Assembly: GCA_030704615.1 (NCBI GenBank)
Contig: CM060734.1
Location: forward strand, 30,504,001-30,568,000
DNA from: Takakia lepidozioides
Taxonomy: Eukaryota > Plantae > Bryophyta
Reading direction: 5' to 3'
Length of the DNA stretch: 64,000 nt
Numbering within the stretch: the first letter of the stretch is position 1; the number at the start of each line of letters is the position of its first letter. The position numbers and the translations under genes were made by a program. The notes beneath the pieces are model-generated. The model ran no database searches. It saw only the letters and a program-made list of their open reading frames with translations, and was not told the DNA's origin. Shown piece after piece: positions 1-10,605 of the stretch.

Positions 1-1544
1 GTCGGGCGAGAACTAGGTGCCATGGATGGCGTCGACACTGTCTCCGCCAATGTGAATGACTGAGGAAGCCTAGCCTGACGGCTTGCCTCCCCACGCTGTG
101 GATCCAACTCCACCTCTGCACCTCGTGGCTCAGGAACTCGTGCTGCTCCTCGAGTCACGGCTGCAGCAGACTCCACCTGCACTAGTGGTAGTGCTGCTCC
201 ACACATGAATCCCATGCCTCCCATATCTCCTCCCTCAGGAGCAGGAGGTGGACCATCCGGCCTTAGAGCCGGTACCACCTGAGCTGTAGCCATGGCAGCG
301 AGCCTCTGCTCTAGCTGCTGAAGCCGGTTGGCCATGCCTTGGTCAACACCCTGACCTCCGCGTCCTTGGCCACGTTGAGCTTGCCCTTGGCCTGCACCTC
401 GTGGCTGGCCACCTCGTCCTCTCTGGGCTGCTCCACCTCGCCCCCGGCCACCATTGTTCCCTTGGAACTGGCCTGGGCGCAACTCAGGATGCAAACCATA
501 ACACTGGGCCTCTCCATGCCCGTGCTTGCCACAATGCCCACACTGCAACTGTGCAGGCTGTGCATGTGCCGACCCTTTGCCTCCCTCTGGGCAATCCTTC
601 TTGACATGGGGTCCTCCACATGTCCAGCACACCACATCCGCCCGTTGTTGGCCAGCAAATGAAGGGAGAGACCCCTGCATCTGAGGTCCTCTCTGCCCTT
701 CCCTGAGCTTCACCTGAGCCCCCTTGTTGCCTTGAGCACGTTGAGGTAGTGGTTGGCTAGGAGCACCACTACCCCGTGGTGTCTCCTTAGCAAATCCCAC
801 CATGACCACTCGTTCCTCCACCATGTTGAGCTCTATCCGCTCTGCCAGCAAAAACACATTTGCTAAGGTGGGTTGGGCCGCTTGTAGGAGAGTTGCATCC
901 CGCACCCTTCTCCTCAGCTCCTTGTCCAATATCCCATACCAGAATTGGACTGCCTGAGCTTCCGTAACCCCTTGGGTTACATTTATCAAGCGCCTCATGC
1001 GAGTGAAAGCCTCCCTCAAGCTCTCGGTCGGCTTCCGTTGGAACTCTTGCAAGCTCCGCAACTTCTCTGTCCTCACCCCTTGGTAGTTCCCTCTCAACTC
1101 TTCGAAGAACTCCACAACAGGGTTGAAGGCAGGCACGGGTGCTAGTGCTGGTGCGGTAGTGGCTTGGGTGGACGTCGTAGCTACTGTACCACCAGTCCCA
1201 CTGCTGCTTGCTGAAGCTGCCGGTGCAGCGGCAGGTGTAGCCACTGCCCTCGTGGCTCTAGTGCCCCTAGTGATGGAGACATAGTCGGGTGACCAGTACA
1301 TCCTCCACTCCTCGATCTCAACCTCATGCCCCCGCCTGAACTCATGGTAATCATCCATAGGCGGCCCCTCAAGGTGCTGAAACAGCCCTTTCCATGCCAT
1401 GAACGGCGTAAATAGTTGTGGATTGCGCATTTGCTGCAAATCACACCAACTATCAAACTCTTGGATAAAATCATCCAACTCAATGGTGCCCACCGCCCCA
1501 GAGTACCTTCGTGGCCCCTTGGTAGCTCCATACATCTCCTCCAT
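1..1544 (-). CDS. gag: Ty3/gypsy-type Gag (runs off window start)
   Basis: Manual translation from ATG 1544 gives MEEMYGATKGPRRYSGAVGTIELDDFIQEFDSWCD...WKGLFQHLEGPP...FQRKPTESLREAFTRMRRL. Two zinc-knuckle-like motifs follow (CWTCGGPHVKKDC and CAHCGKHGHGEAQC). The frame is absent from the ORF track, which fits an ORF open to the window edge. Confidence 0.8.
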   Translation of the reverse strand, partial: MEEMYGATKGPRRYSGAVGTIELDDFIQEFDSWCDLQQMRNPQLFTPFMAWKGLFQHLEGPPMDDYHEFRRGHEVEIEEWRMYWSPDYVSITRGTRATRAVATPAAAPAASASSSGTGGTVATTSTQATTAPALAPVPAFNPVVEFFEELRGNYQGVRTEKLRSLQEFQRKPTESLREAFTRMRRLINVTQGVTEAQAVQFWYGILDKELRRRVRDATLLQAAQPTLANVFLLAERIELNMVEERVVMVGFAKETPRGSGAPSQPLPQRAQGNKGAQVKLREGQRGPQMQGSLPSFAGQQRADVVCWTCGGPHVKKDCPEGGKGSAHAQPAQLQCGHCGKHGHGEAQCYGLHPELRPGQFQGNNGGRGRGGAAQRGRGGQPRGAGQGQAQRGQGRGGQGVDQGMANRLQQLEQRLAAMATAQVVPALRPDGPPPAPEGGDMGGMGFMCGAALPLVQVESAAAVTRGAARVPEPRGAEVELDPQRGEASRQARLPQSFTLAETVSTPSMAPSSRP

Positions 1545-1969
1545 TGTGTCCCACAACAATGGCAAAGAAACAACTTGCACCGCCGGTATGAGCCCTCCTG
1601 ATTCACAATCCGAATCAGAACCTTCCGTGGAAGACACAGGAGGTGAAGGTGGCCTAAACCGCACACCTCGTCTCGTGTACCCACTAGTATCGCTAGTGCT
1701 CGAACCGGCACTGTCCCCAGCAACTAGTGGCACCTCCGTGTTGACACTCAACCGGTCATGAACATGTCCCTAACCCCCTCTCCACAAGGTAACCGGGTAG
1801 AGAACCTGTTGCGGCTTATGGTTTGGAATACTAAGTTCCTAACATAGCCTACACCTGAACTTGCATGACCATGGGAATATCATGAAGATACTCCTCAAAC
1901 CGCCCTCCACGAGCTTCAAAATTCGGCCTTCCAGACCACATGCCAGTCCTTAGTCCACCAGTGCCTCCA

Positions 1970-3290
1970 CAAGTCAGCACAGGCCATCCACAGGTCAACA
2001 CGGGCCACCACAGACCAGCACAGGCCCACACAGCTCACTGGTCACAGCCGTCACAGTCCCACAGGCCACTGGGCACAGCCTGTCACAGCCCCTCACAGCT
2101 CGTCACAGCCTCAAAGGCCTCAGGCACAGCCTGTCACAGCCCGTCACAGCCCCAAAGGCCTCAGGCGCGGCCTGTCACAGCCCCTCACAGCCCGTCACAG
2201 CCCCAAAGGCCATGGGCACGGCCTGTCACAGCCCCTCACAGCCCGTCACAGCCTCAAAGGCCTCAGGCACGGCCTGTCACAGCCCATCACAGCCCCAAAG
2301 GCCTCAGGCACGGCCTGTCACAGCCCCTCACAGCCCGTCAAAGCCCCAAAGGCCTCAGGCGCGGCCTGTCACAGCCTCTCACAGCCCGTCACAGCCCCAA
2401 AGGCCTCAGGCGCGGCCTGTCACAGCCCCTCACAGCCCGTCACAGCCCCAAAGGCCATGGGCACGGCCTGTCACAGCCCCAAAGGCCTCAGGCACGGCCT
2501 GTCACAGCCCCTCACAGCCCGTCACAGCCCCAAAGGCCTCAGGCGCGGCCTGTCACAGCCCCTCACAGCCCGTCACAGCCCCAAAGGCCATGGGCACGGC
2601 CTGTCACAGCCCCTCACAGCCCGTCGCAGCCTCAAAGGCCTCAGGCACGGCCTGTCACAGCCCATCACAGCCCCAAAGGCCTCAGGCACGGCCTGTCACA
2701 GCCCCTCACAGCCCGTCACAGCCCCAAAGGCCTCAGGCGCGGCCTGTCACAGCCCCTCACAGCCCGTCACAGCCCCAAAGGCCATGGGCACGGCCTGTCA
2801 CAGCCCGTCACAGCCCGTCACAGCCTCAAAGGCCTCAGGCACGGCCTGTCACAGCCCCTCACAGCCCGTCACAGCCCCAAAGGCCATGGGCACGGCCTGT
2901 CACAGCCCCTCACAGCCCGTCACAGCCTCAAAGGCCTCAGGCACGGCCTGTCACAGCCTGACACAGCCCGTCACAGCCCCACAGGGCACAGGGCACAGCC
3001 TGTCACAGCCCATCACAGCCCATCACAGCCTCAAAGGCCTCAGGCACGGCCTGTCACAGCCCCTCACAGCCCATCACAGCCCCAAAGGCCATGGGCACAG
3101 CCTGTCACAGCCCGTCACAGCCCCACAGGCCTCAGGGCACAGCCTGTCACAGCCCCGCACAGCCCGTCACAGCCCCAAAAGGCCACTGGGCACAGCCTGC
3201 CACAGCCTGACACAGCTCGCCACAGCCTGACACAGCCCGTCACAGCCCGTCACAGCTTGCCACAGCCTGTCACAGCCCCACACAGGGCCG
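1970..3290. repeat. Tandem array of 51-bp units built from 10-bp TCACAGCC subunits, with 41- and 31-bp variants
   Basis: Unit TGTCACAGCC CCTCACAGCC CGTCACAGCC CCAAAGGCCT CAGGCRCGGC C is directly visible. It produces the 17-aa periodicity in the + strand ORFs. Confidence 0.95.
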
Positions 3291-3769
3291 CTCTAGCAGT
3301 TTAGCCATTTCTCCAAGGGGTTTAGCCACGCTAAGCTAGGGTTTGTGTCTCTTGGACTCTAGGCTTTTTTCCACCGAGCTATGGTGGCTGTGAGGAAATC
3401 AACAAGGTATCCTTGCTCTTTCGGCTCCCACACACCACCATAGTAGCCCTAAGCCATGAGGTGGTTGCCACAAACCAAGCCTTCTTTCTCACTTAGCCTC
3501 CCCAAACACGCCACTAAACTCAGTGGCAAACAACCAAGCCCTGCTGGTTCCCAGCCCTTGTGAGCACTCATTCAAGCACTCCCCTCATTGGCCATAGCAT
3601 CTGTCTTAGAGCCTATTCCAGCCCTCTACACCTGTTGCTTCAAGAGTTGCGCTCCCTTCAAGCTTGAAGTTGAAACCCCAACTCACATAGGCCCTACAAG
3701 TGCTGTTCTTTCACTCCAAGTGGAAACCAGCCCTAGACCTTCCGTTCTAGCTCTCTAAGGCTTGAAAAC

Positions 3770-4150
3770 AAGAGCCTCAATGGGCTGAAGGCATGCTCCA
3801 CACATGCCCCACTCTCACCATAAGAGAATCAGCTCCTTTGCTTCATTTCTTGCACCCACAAACCTGATAATACAAGCTTCAGCAGGCTGAAAGCATGCTC
3901 TACATGCCCTACAGGGAAACTAGCCCCTTCCTTTCTTTCTTGCACTCCCACACCTAAAAGTGCAAGCCTTCACCAGGCTGATAGCATGCTCCACACATAC
4001 ATTGCCCTCACATAAGGGAAGTCAGCCCTTCCCTCTTCCTTGCTTGCCCTCCAAGCTTGAAGATGGAAGCTTCAATGAGCTGAATACATGCTCCACACAT
4101 GCAACCTCTTCACACAAGAGATATCAGCCCCCTATCTTGGCTCCTTGGCT
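3770..4150. repeat. Four degenerate 90-100 bp direct repeats in the retrotransposon leader
   Basis: Recurrent AAGCTTCA..GGCTGAA.GCATGCTCCACACAT...TCAGCCCC at about 3772, 3875, 3963 and 4067. Confidence 0.7.
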
Positions 4151-5122
4151 CCTTGATGCTCTCTATGACAAGACTAAGCACTCCATAGCCTTTGCCAAGC
4201 TCCTGAAACCCTAAGGCTTACATTTCCAGCCACAAGACACTTCTCTTGTGGTGCAAGAACTCTTCTTCCAAGCTCTGAAACCCTAGGTGCACATTCCATG
4301 GCCTTGCCGCACCTCTTAGCTCCTGTTCCAGCCCTGCTCTCGCCATGACAAGAACCCTCTCAATGCTGAAGCTCAAGATTGAAACCCAATCTCACCATAC
4401 TCCACAAAGTGCACTGATTTGCCCCAAGCCAAATCAGCCCTTTCGCTTGGTCTTGCAATCCTTCACACAATGAAAGCTCGCATTCCCAAGTCTAGTTCTC
4501 AGCTTTGCCACCAAAGCCACTATAACTTGCTCTTGACTGGTCCTCTTCCCAATCGTGCTTGCTCATGCATGTACACAATCTGAAACCATCAAGGTGCTCT
4601 GGAATTACCTACAGTATGGTGCTTTCATCTCTGAAGCTGAAGATCGAATGCCAAGGTTTACCACCTCGTAACCCACATCGCCTCCGCTTCTAACAACCAA
4701 GAGCTCCACGGTGCTCCTTGCATAACAACTTGGTTTCTCTCATTCTCAAGCAAAAACCACAAGTGCTACAACTAACTCGTATCTAGCACTCATAGATACG
4801 AGCTCATCTTTCTCGAGTGATAAAGAAGAAGAATACAAGCACAAGCTCATGCGAGCTCACAAAGCTGAAGCATAAACTCATGCATATATAACCTCATCAC
4901 TCAAATACAAGTCAAGCCAAGTGCACCCCACGTCATGGGGAATCCACACTACGGCGCCATAGCTAGGCGCGGTGAGGCTCAACTCGAGAAAGATGAGCCT
5001 CCCGCGCTTGCCGTGAAGATAACCACTCCAGGGCCTAAATCTGCCTTGACCCCTGGATTGACACTTGGGCCAATCCCAAATGTCAATATGTAAAAGCTAG
5101 CTATTTCCTAGCTAGTTTCACA

Positions 5123-5818
5123 CTAGTGGTAAAATAACTTGACAAGCCACGCACCTGCGCAAGTTCATCCCATTCCGCCGATGCGTACAATTAATTTGAT
5201 TTCAACATTGCCAACAAGCAGCCTAATAATGTACCTGTTAGCTGCTTTCCAGAACGCTGGTGAAGGTGATAGATGAAAGCCCTCTCAAAAACATTAGAGG
5301 GTGTTAGACATACCCGATTTTTCAGCTCCGCGCTACCGAATAAGGCGTACATTTCTTTGCCATCTTCCATGTCTTGGGCTGTAATGTTGTGACCAAAGAA
5401 TTTGAAATGTGGCTGACCAAGATCCTTTAGACAGTAGCCCAACATACCTTTCCACATATGCAGGCGGACCTGCCGTAATTTTTTGCACATGACAGTGTGT
5501 CCCAATGGTGGGCAAAGATCCCATCCTAGGTAAGCTTTTATAAGTTTGTTCACTTGGATGATGCTCGTAGTTACAATCCTAATGACCATCTGAAAATGCA
5601 AGTGGGACATGGTACCGCCGCGTTCCACCGCAAAAAAGCCGGCAAGGCATTTTTCTTCAACAAACTTTTTTAACAATTGAAAGAGATCAAGCACGTCAGA
5701 TCCTCCTACGCCTACAGTACATGAGACCTCAAATAGTTTTGATGCACCTTTCTCTGTCGCCGGAAGTTTTTTCGGGCGACCCCTTCCTCTTTTTCTGCAG
5801 GGTTCTGCTTCTGCTTAG
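5123..5818 (-). pseudogene. Replitron HUH endonuclease (disrupted)
   Basis: The frame reads KLFEVSCTVGVGGSD...VERGGTMSHLHFQMVI (HUH motif)...GMLGYCLKD (catalytic Tyr motif)...NRVCLTPSNVFERA. After the stop at 5191-5193 come LYASAEW and a shifted GMNLRR, resembling the Replitron C-terminal domain. The LTR insertion truncates it. Confidence 0.85.
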
Positions 5819-6405
5819 ATTACTTCCATCTTCGCCTACACTGCCTATCCGCGCACTGTCAGCTACACTCCATGCCTGGTCTGGTACAGTGCTCCTCCTA
5901 CACCCTGCCCTCTCCAGCCCGCGCTAGAATGGTAAGCGCGTAGAAGGTTCTGGACTTTAGAAGTTTCCAAAATTATGTGCCCACATTGCGGCACGTTGCG
6001 GCCAAGTGGGCCCCATGCCATTTACCACTTGGGCTAGAATGCACACCGCCACTTCTATTTGGACAGCCGCTTAAGAGTCGGCTGGCCTCTAGCTGATTTG
6101 ATTTTTCGGGTGTTTGGGGCAGATATTCAGTCCTTCGCTCAGCGATTATTTCTTTCATTTTTCACGAGCGGCCACCTAGTTGGCGCCTCTGGAAATGTCG
6201 CTATATGACAAGTGGCACGTTTTAACAGGTCCACGATGGCATGCGTACAGATTTCCGGGCGGCAACCTCCAAGTTCATCCTCCAGTTTTGGCCCAAAATA
6301 AAAATAAAAAAGGGCCTTCATTTCCAAAAGAAAAAGAGCCTTTCGTCGTAAATTCACCACCAAAAGCTCGCGAGCCGGACCCCCTAATACAAAAGTGTTC
6401 CCTTT
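5123..6405 (-). mobile_element. Replitron transposon, 5' part
   Basis: HUH ORF plus upstream non-coding sequence. A candidate terminus AAAGGGAACACTTTT lies at about 6405 on the minus strand; this boundary is tentative. Confidence 0.55.
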
Positions 6406-6599
6406 CCATGCTTGGGACCTCACTGTTCACCCCCAGCTCTCTGACCTCAGTGGGATTCTATTGACCCTTAGTGTGGAGCTAATAAGACGGATGGAAATGG
6501 CTTAATGGGTTCAATGTTGCAGCTGCATGGGGATTGGAGTTCATGTTGTCACAATATGCAGTATTTCTCTTTACCACAGGTACAAGTAAATGGCACATT

Positions 6600-7500
6600 T
6601 AGAAGCCAAAGATGGTTACCATGGTGGAGCCAAAGGAAGCGAAGCAGTTGCTTGCTGAGGATTGGAGGCTACTGGAAGATTGCACAATTCTACAAGTAGT
6701 CTAACACAATATTTCAGTGGAACTTATCTACACAGAAGGAAGAATGTGATTGCATATGGCAGCTATTGCCTTATTTGCAATAGATCTGTGCCCAAACACC
6801 CAACTCCCATATCGAATTCCAGTTTCCACCCATGAAGTTATAGCCTGACCATTTACTGTCCTCTCTCATGAATGGCAAAGCTTTAAGCAGGGTTCGGACG
6901 GCTTCTTTGGCTGTAAACTGAAAGAATGAAACTGAGGAGTCTTGGAAGTTCCATGACCATTCGTTGGGGGCAATCTGCAGGCTCATCCACGGGTCCATAA
7001 GAATGAGGTTGTTAGAGAGGCAGGAGCGGGTGCACGGTGGAGCCTTTGGGTTCATTACTTTCACAGGTGACGACCACACACAAACAGGCGGGGAGTGTCC
7101 ACCAACCAAGGTCACTGGGTTCTTTTGGATTCATGTCCACCTATTGCTTGATAGAGTGCCCCTCATTTATTTTGCAGCTTCACCAAAATCAACAGGATCT
7201 CTGACAGCTAGCGAAAAAACATGCTGCTCAAACAAGTGGACATACATCTTTATGTGGGTGAACATCCAGATGCCCATGTGATTCAGCAAAACTTTTTGAT
7301 ACAAACTAGCTACAATTATCGGAAAAACCAATGGGGAAGAAGATGGGAAAGTGAAAGTTGGTTGTGCTTATGCTTTCAACTGCCTGGAGAAGACAATGTA
7401 CATTGGATCAGTCCTACGCGGATTGGGTGATATGTCCAGTGCCTGCAAGATAACCACAACATTGAGGATTGAGGGTCATACATCCAGTAAGAACTACTTC
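6600..7500 (-). mobile_element. Degenerate L1-like LINE ORF2 C-terminal remnant
   Basis: Trp-rich segment SFFQFTAKEAVRTLL...KWSGYNF..GNWNSIW resembles the region before the zf-RVT domain. Heavily decayed. Confidence 0.35.
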
Positions 7501-7649
7501 AGGATATACTTGGCAAGCCCATACTAAACTTATGATCAGTACCCATGAACATTCCTCTAAAACCCATTTCAAGCATGTTCTCGCACATAATATGCCAACT
7601 CCCTGGCTAATCAGTCTCAATCCATCTTTTCAAAATTCCAGCTACAAGA

Positions 7650-7794
7650 AGACTTGTAACATTGCCAAATATCCCATTTTCAGCCGAATCAAAGTCCTTC
7701 AAAAGAATCTTTCACATGAGCAGACTTGTAACATTGCCAAATATCTCATTTTCAGCCAAATCAAGTCCTTTAAAAGAATCATTCCCATGAGCAG
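7650..7794. repeat. Tandem duplication of about 72 bp
   Basis: AGACTTGTAACATTGCCAAATATCYCATTTTCAGCC...CATGAGCAG occurs twice. Confidence 0.85.
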
Positions 7795-8225
7795 TTTGCA
7801 GCAACTTTACTTACCTGAGGTGCTTCGAAGGTTTTAGCAAATGGAAGTATGAACCTACAATCCAGACATGGTCTACATCTCCTGTAGATGTCCAGACTGT
7901 GATGGCTTTCGTCCAAATGCATCGATTTGACAAACTGAGAAAGTAAACAAAACATCACGGTTAACTGGAAACCATTGCTATGTGGTCCCAGAAGTTCACC
8001 AAGTACTGTAATCCAAGCATAGCATGATAGTTAAGATGAAATGAGATGACATTCCTCAACCATCAGAACTGCCGATATTGACTCCAATGAGGGGGCAGAA
8101 GAAGGGTGATGATTTCCTAGTCCACTCTGGCATACCTATGGAGCGCACCTACTTTCAGAGGAGAGTATGATGACGTCTATTCTCATAAGGACGAGGCATC
8201 CCAGGTGTTCGTTTCTTTGTAGCCG

Positions 8226-8938
8226 CCCTGTCAAACAGGCTTAAGTCCTGGCAGACGAGAGTAGAAGAGATTCTCAAGGACCTGGACCTGGATCCGCAAG
8301 TCTTGACCCTGCTGGATAAATCTGACTTAGAGGCTGTAGTGTCCAAAGCCATGTCTGTTGCCATGAGATTGTCTGATGAAAATGATGTTAGGCAGAAAAC
8401 TTCCCTGAACTTGTTTCCAGTCAGTGACATGGGGGAGGACATCTTGGATGACCTCAAGGGTCTACCCACTCTCGGCACTAGACTGAAATTTAAACTCAGG
8501 GCAGGAAGCCTACCTTTGAACAGCAAACAGAAGCAGAGAGGAAAGGGAGAGTGCAATTGCCCATTGTGTGGGCAATCTGATGACAGTATTCATTTTCTGA
8601 TACACTGTCCGGGGTTCTCTCACCAAAGAGACGCTCTCTTCAAATCTATCAAGGGAATTGTGCCTGTACCCCTGTTTACCAACTTTGAAAGTCTCAAGGC
8701 TGAGCCAAAAGCCCAGGCCCTCCTGAGGCCTAGTTTTTGGGCAAATCACACACAGCAGATTGATGCTTGTGTGAAGGGATTTCTAGAGGATATCTGGAAA
8801 ACCCGGATTAATTCAGGTAAGTCTTACTACCAACGTCAGCCCCTGACAGAGGTAGGTTCTGTCCCTTTTGTTCCCGCTCAAACTGGGCGCGGGGTCAATG
8901 GCCACAGGGCTACGGCAAACAACGTCTTATGAGTACAC
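8226..8938 (+). mobile_element. 5'-truncated LINE (RTEX-like ORF2 C-terminus) with TSD
   Basis: ORF 8303-8932 has KFKLRAGSLPL...CPLCGQSDDSIHFLIHC (CCHC knuckle) and ends GRGVNGHRATAN. It is flanked by the direct repeat TCTTTGTAGCCG at 8214-8225 and 8939-8950. Confidence 0.85.
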
Positions 8939-9465
8939 TCTTTGTAGCCGTCTTGCTACCCACAGAGATCATCTCCTCAACCCCAGAGACTGACCTTAAG
9001 ATACTTGGTTGGTAGAACGTGCTGGTGAATAACCATAGCTCATGGAAAGTGAGCCCTAGGTCATGAATATAGTGTGCATGTAACAGAGACATCTACACTC
9101 AACAATGGTACATTTGAGAATAATCTTGGCTTCCTTAGGCTTCCTTCCGTACTTGTTTCCCTGTACCTCTGTCGCATTTGAAGTCGAGAGATAGGGTTCC
9201 AAGTGGATGTACACAAGTTAGCTGCAGTGCCAGGCAGCTCAGACATGCTTAAATTTCAAACCACAAAGCACCCTAGCTTTGAAAGCTCACATGGCAGCTA
9301 GACTATGCAATCACACACAAGGTGTTTTGGACAAGTGAGAACAAATCTATCTTGGCACAGAAAAGTTGGTCCTTCCTCGCACTAATGTCACAGAATGGAT
9401 CAAAAGACAAAGGCAACATTCTCAGGGCCACCTAAAGCTGAGAAGGTCAAGAGTAATTCTCATAC

Positions 9466-10311
9466 CTTCAAAATGGTCATGCATTGAAACAGAGCCAGGA
9501 ACTGGGGGGGGGCTCTTTACCCTGGATGATTCCGGCCTGTCATTTATATCATGCACATGACTCAGACCCTCCCACATGACCCAGAAAAAAGAACATACAT
9601 ATTTTGTGCCTTAATCGGTTGCCATATACACAACCATTTCCACAATCAAGAAGGAATGATTCCTAGACACCCCCCCCAAAACCTGGCTAATACATCTTAC
9701 GCAAACTTCACAATGATACAGGTTGCTTTGACAGTGGTGAACAGAGTAAAGACTGTATAAGCAATTCACAAAACTCTTGGAGGGTTGAGAAGTGGGTAGA
9801 AGAGAAGAGAAAAGCCAACAACCATAACCGGACGTCCTTTGGAGGAAAGTAGCATCTCGTTGGTCAAGCTGGCAGCTGTCTCCTCATCCTCCTGCCCAAT
9901 TAGACAATCATCACATCCAAGTTATGTCTGAATGTTAATATGCTTTGTTACTTCTGACGAGAAAGAGAAGGTTATGTCAGATGTCTCCATGCAAATCCAG
10001 GTCTACAGTGATGACAATCTCCCTAGATTCACACATTTAAAAAAAACGAACTAACACTTACTTTCGCTTGTGATCGTCCCGTAGTGCTGTCATCACATTT
10101 TGTGGCCCAAGTAAATGGTAAGACTAGCAACCGAAAACACATACCACAGTCCTTTGTCGACCCAACCAACAGCAGAGCAGGTACTCCTCGTTGCGATCCC
10201 TTGTGAATTTCCTTGGTACGTGTACAATACAATGTAGCCACCGCTGTCGTAGAGTTCACCAAAATCTGCAGCAGGGATAGCTGTCTTCGCATTGCCATTG
10301 ACCCGCCAGAT
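9466..10311 (-). pseudogene. VLN: Villin gene fragment: three exons of a gelsolin repeat, frameshifted
   Basis: Exon 10311-10145 reads IWRVNGNAKTAIP..YIVLYTY / DRNEEYLLCCWLG. Exon 9891-9823 reads EDEETAASLTNEMLLSSKGRPVM. Exon 9536-9466 reads IIQGKEPPQFLALFQCMTILK. All have AG/GT borders and match plant villin; the first and third exons are frameshifted. Confidence 0.85.
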
Positions 10312-10605
10312 CTGACAAATCAATAGAACGCCAAGGTAACTAACTCTCTCCATCGACTTCCATCAATCCACACTTCGTGTACCGTCTAGAAAAAAGAAGC
10401 CACATGTTTTCATACAAAAAGTTGGATGCTGTTAGCATGGGTAACCCTCTTTCAGGTTATCTTTAGAGCCAACTCCACGTTCCCATTTACGCATTAGAGG
10501 GTTGAAGTGCGTACGAGAGCGGTATCAGTGGAGGATGGTTTCTCGCAAGCCGGTGCTGGTGAATGCGCGGATTTGGCATTGAGGCATGGGCGTGGAAGTG
10601 TGGCG

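Larger units (their letters stand above)
1..5122 (-). mobile_element. LTR retrotransposon 5' part (LTR, long leader, gag) inserted into the Replitron ORF
   Basis: Replitron homology stops at ACTAG|TGTGAAAC on the minus strand, a TG start. TATATA lies at about 4885-4890 and gag lies downstream. The LTR 3' boundary and PBS were not identified. Confidence 0.65.

Noticed and set aside
1940-3304. 454/249/257-aa repetitive + strand ORFs, or a CRISPR-like array
   Set aside because: These are by-products of a stop-free tandem repeat antisense to gag. There are no unique spacers or cas genes, and the context is eukaryotic.
4640-4665. ATCGAATGCCAAGGTTTACCA as the PBS of the left retrotransposon
   Set aside because: The spacing does not fit a tRNA 3' end and no LTR TG/CA boundary is adjacent.
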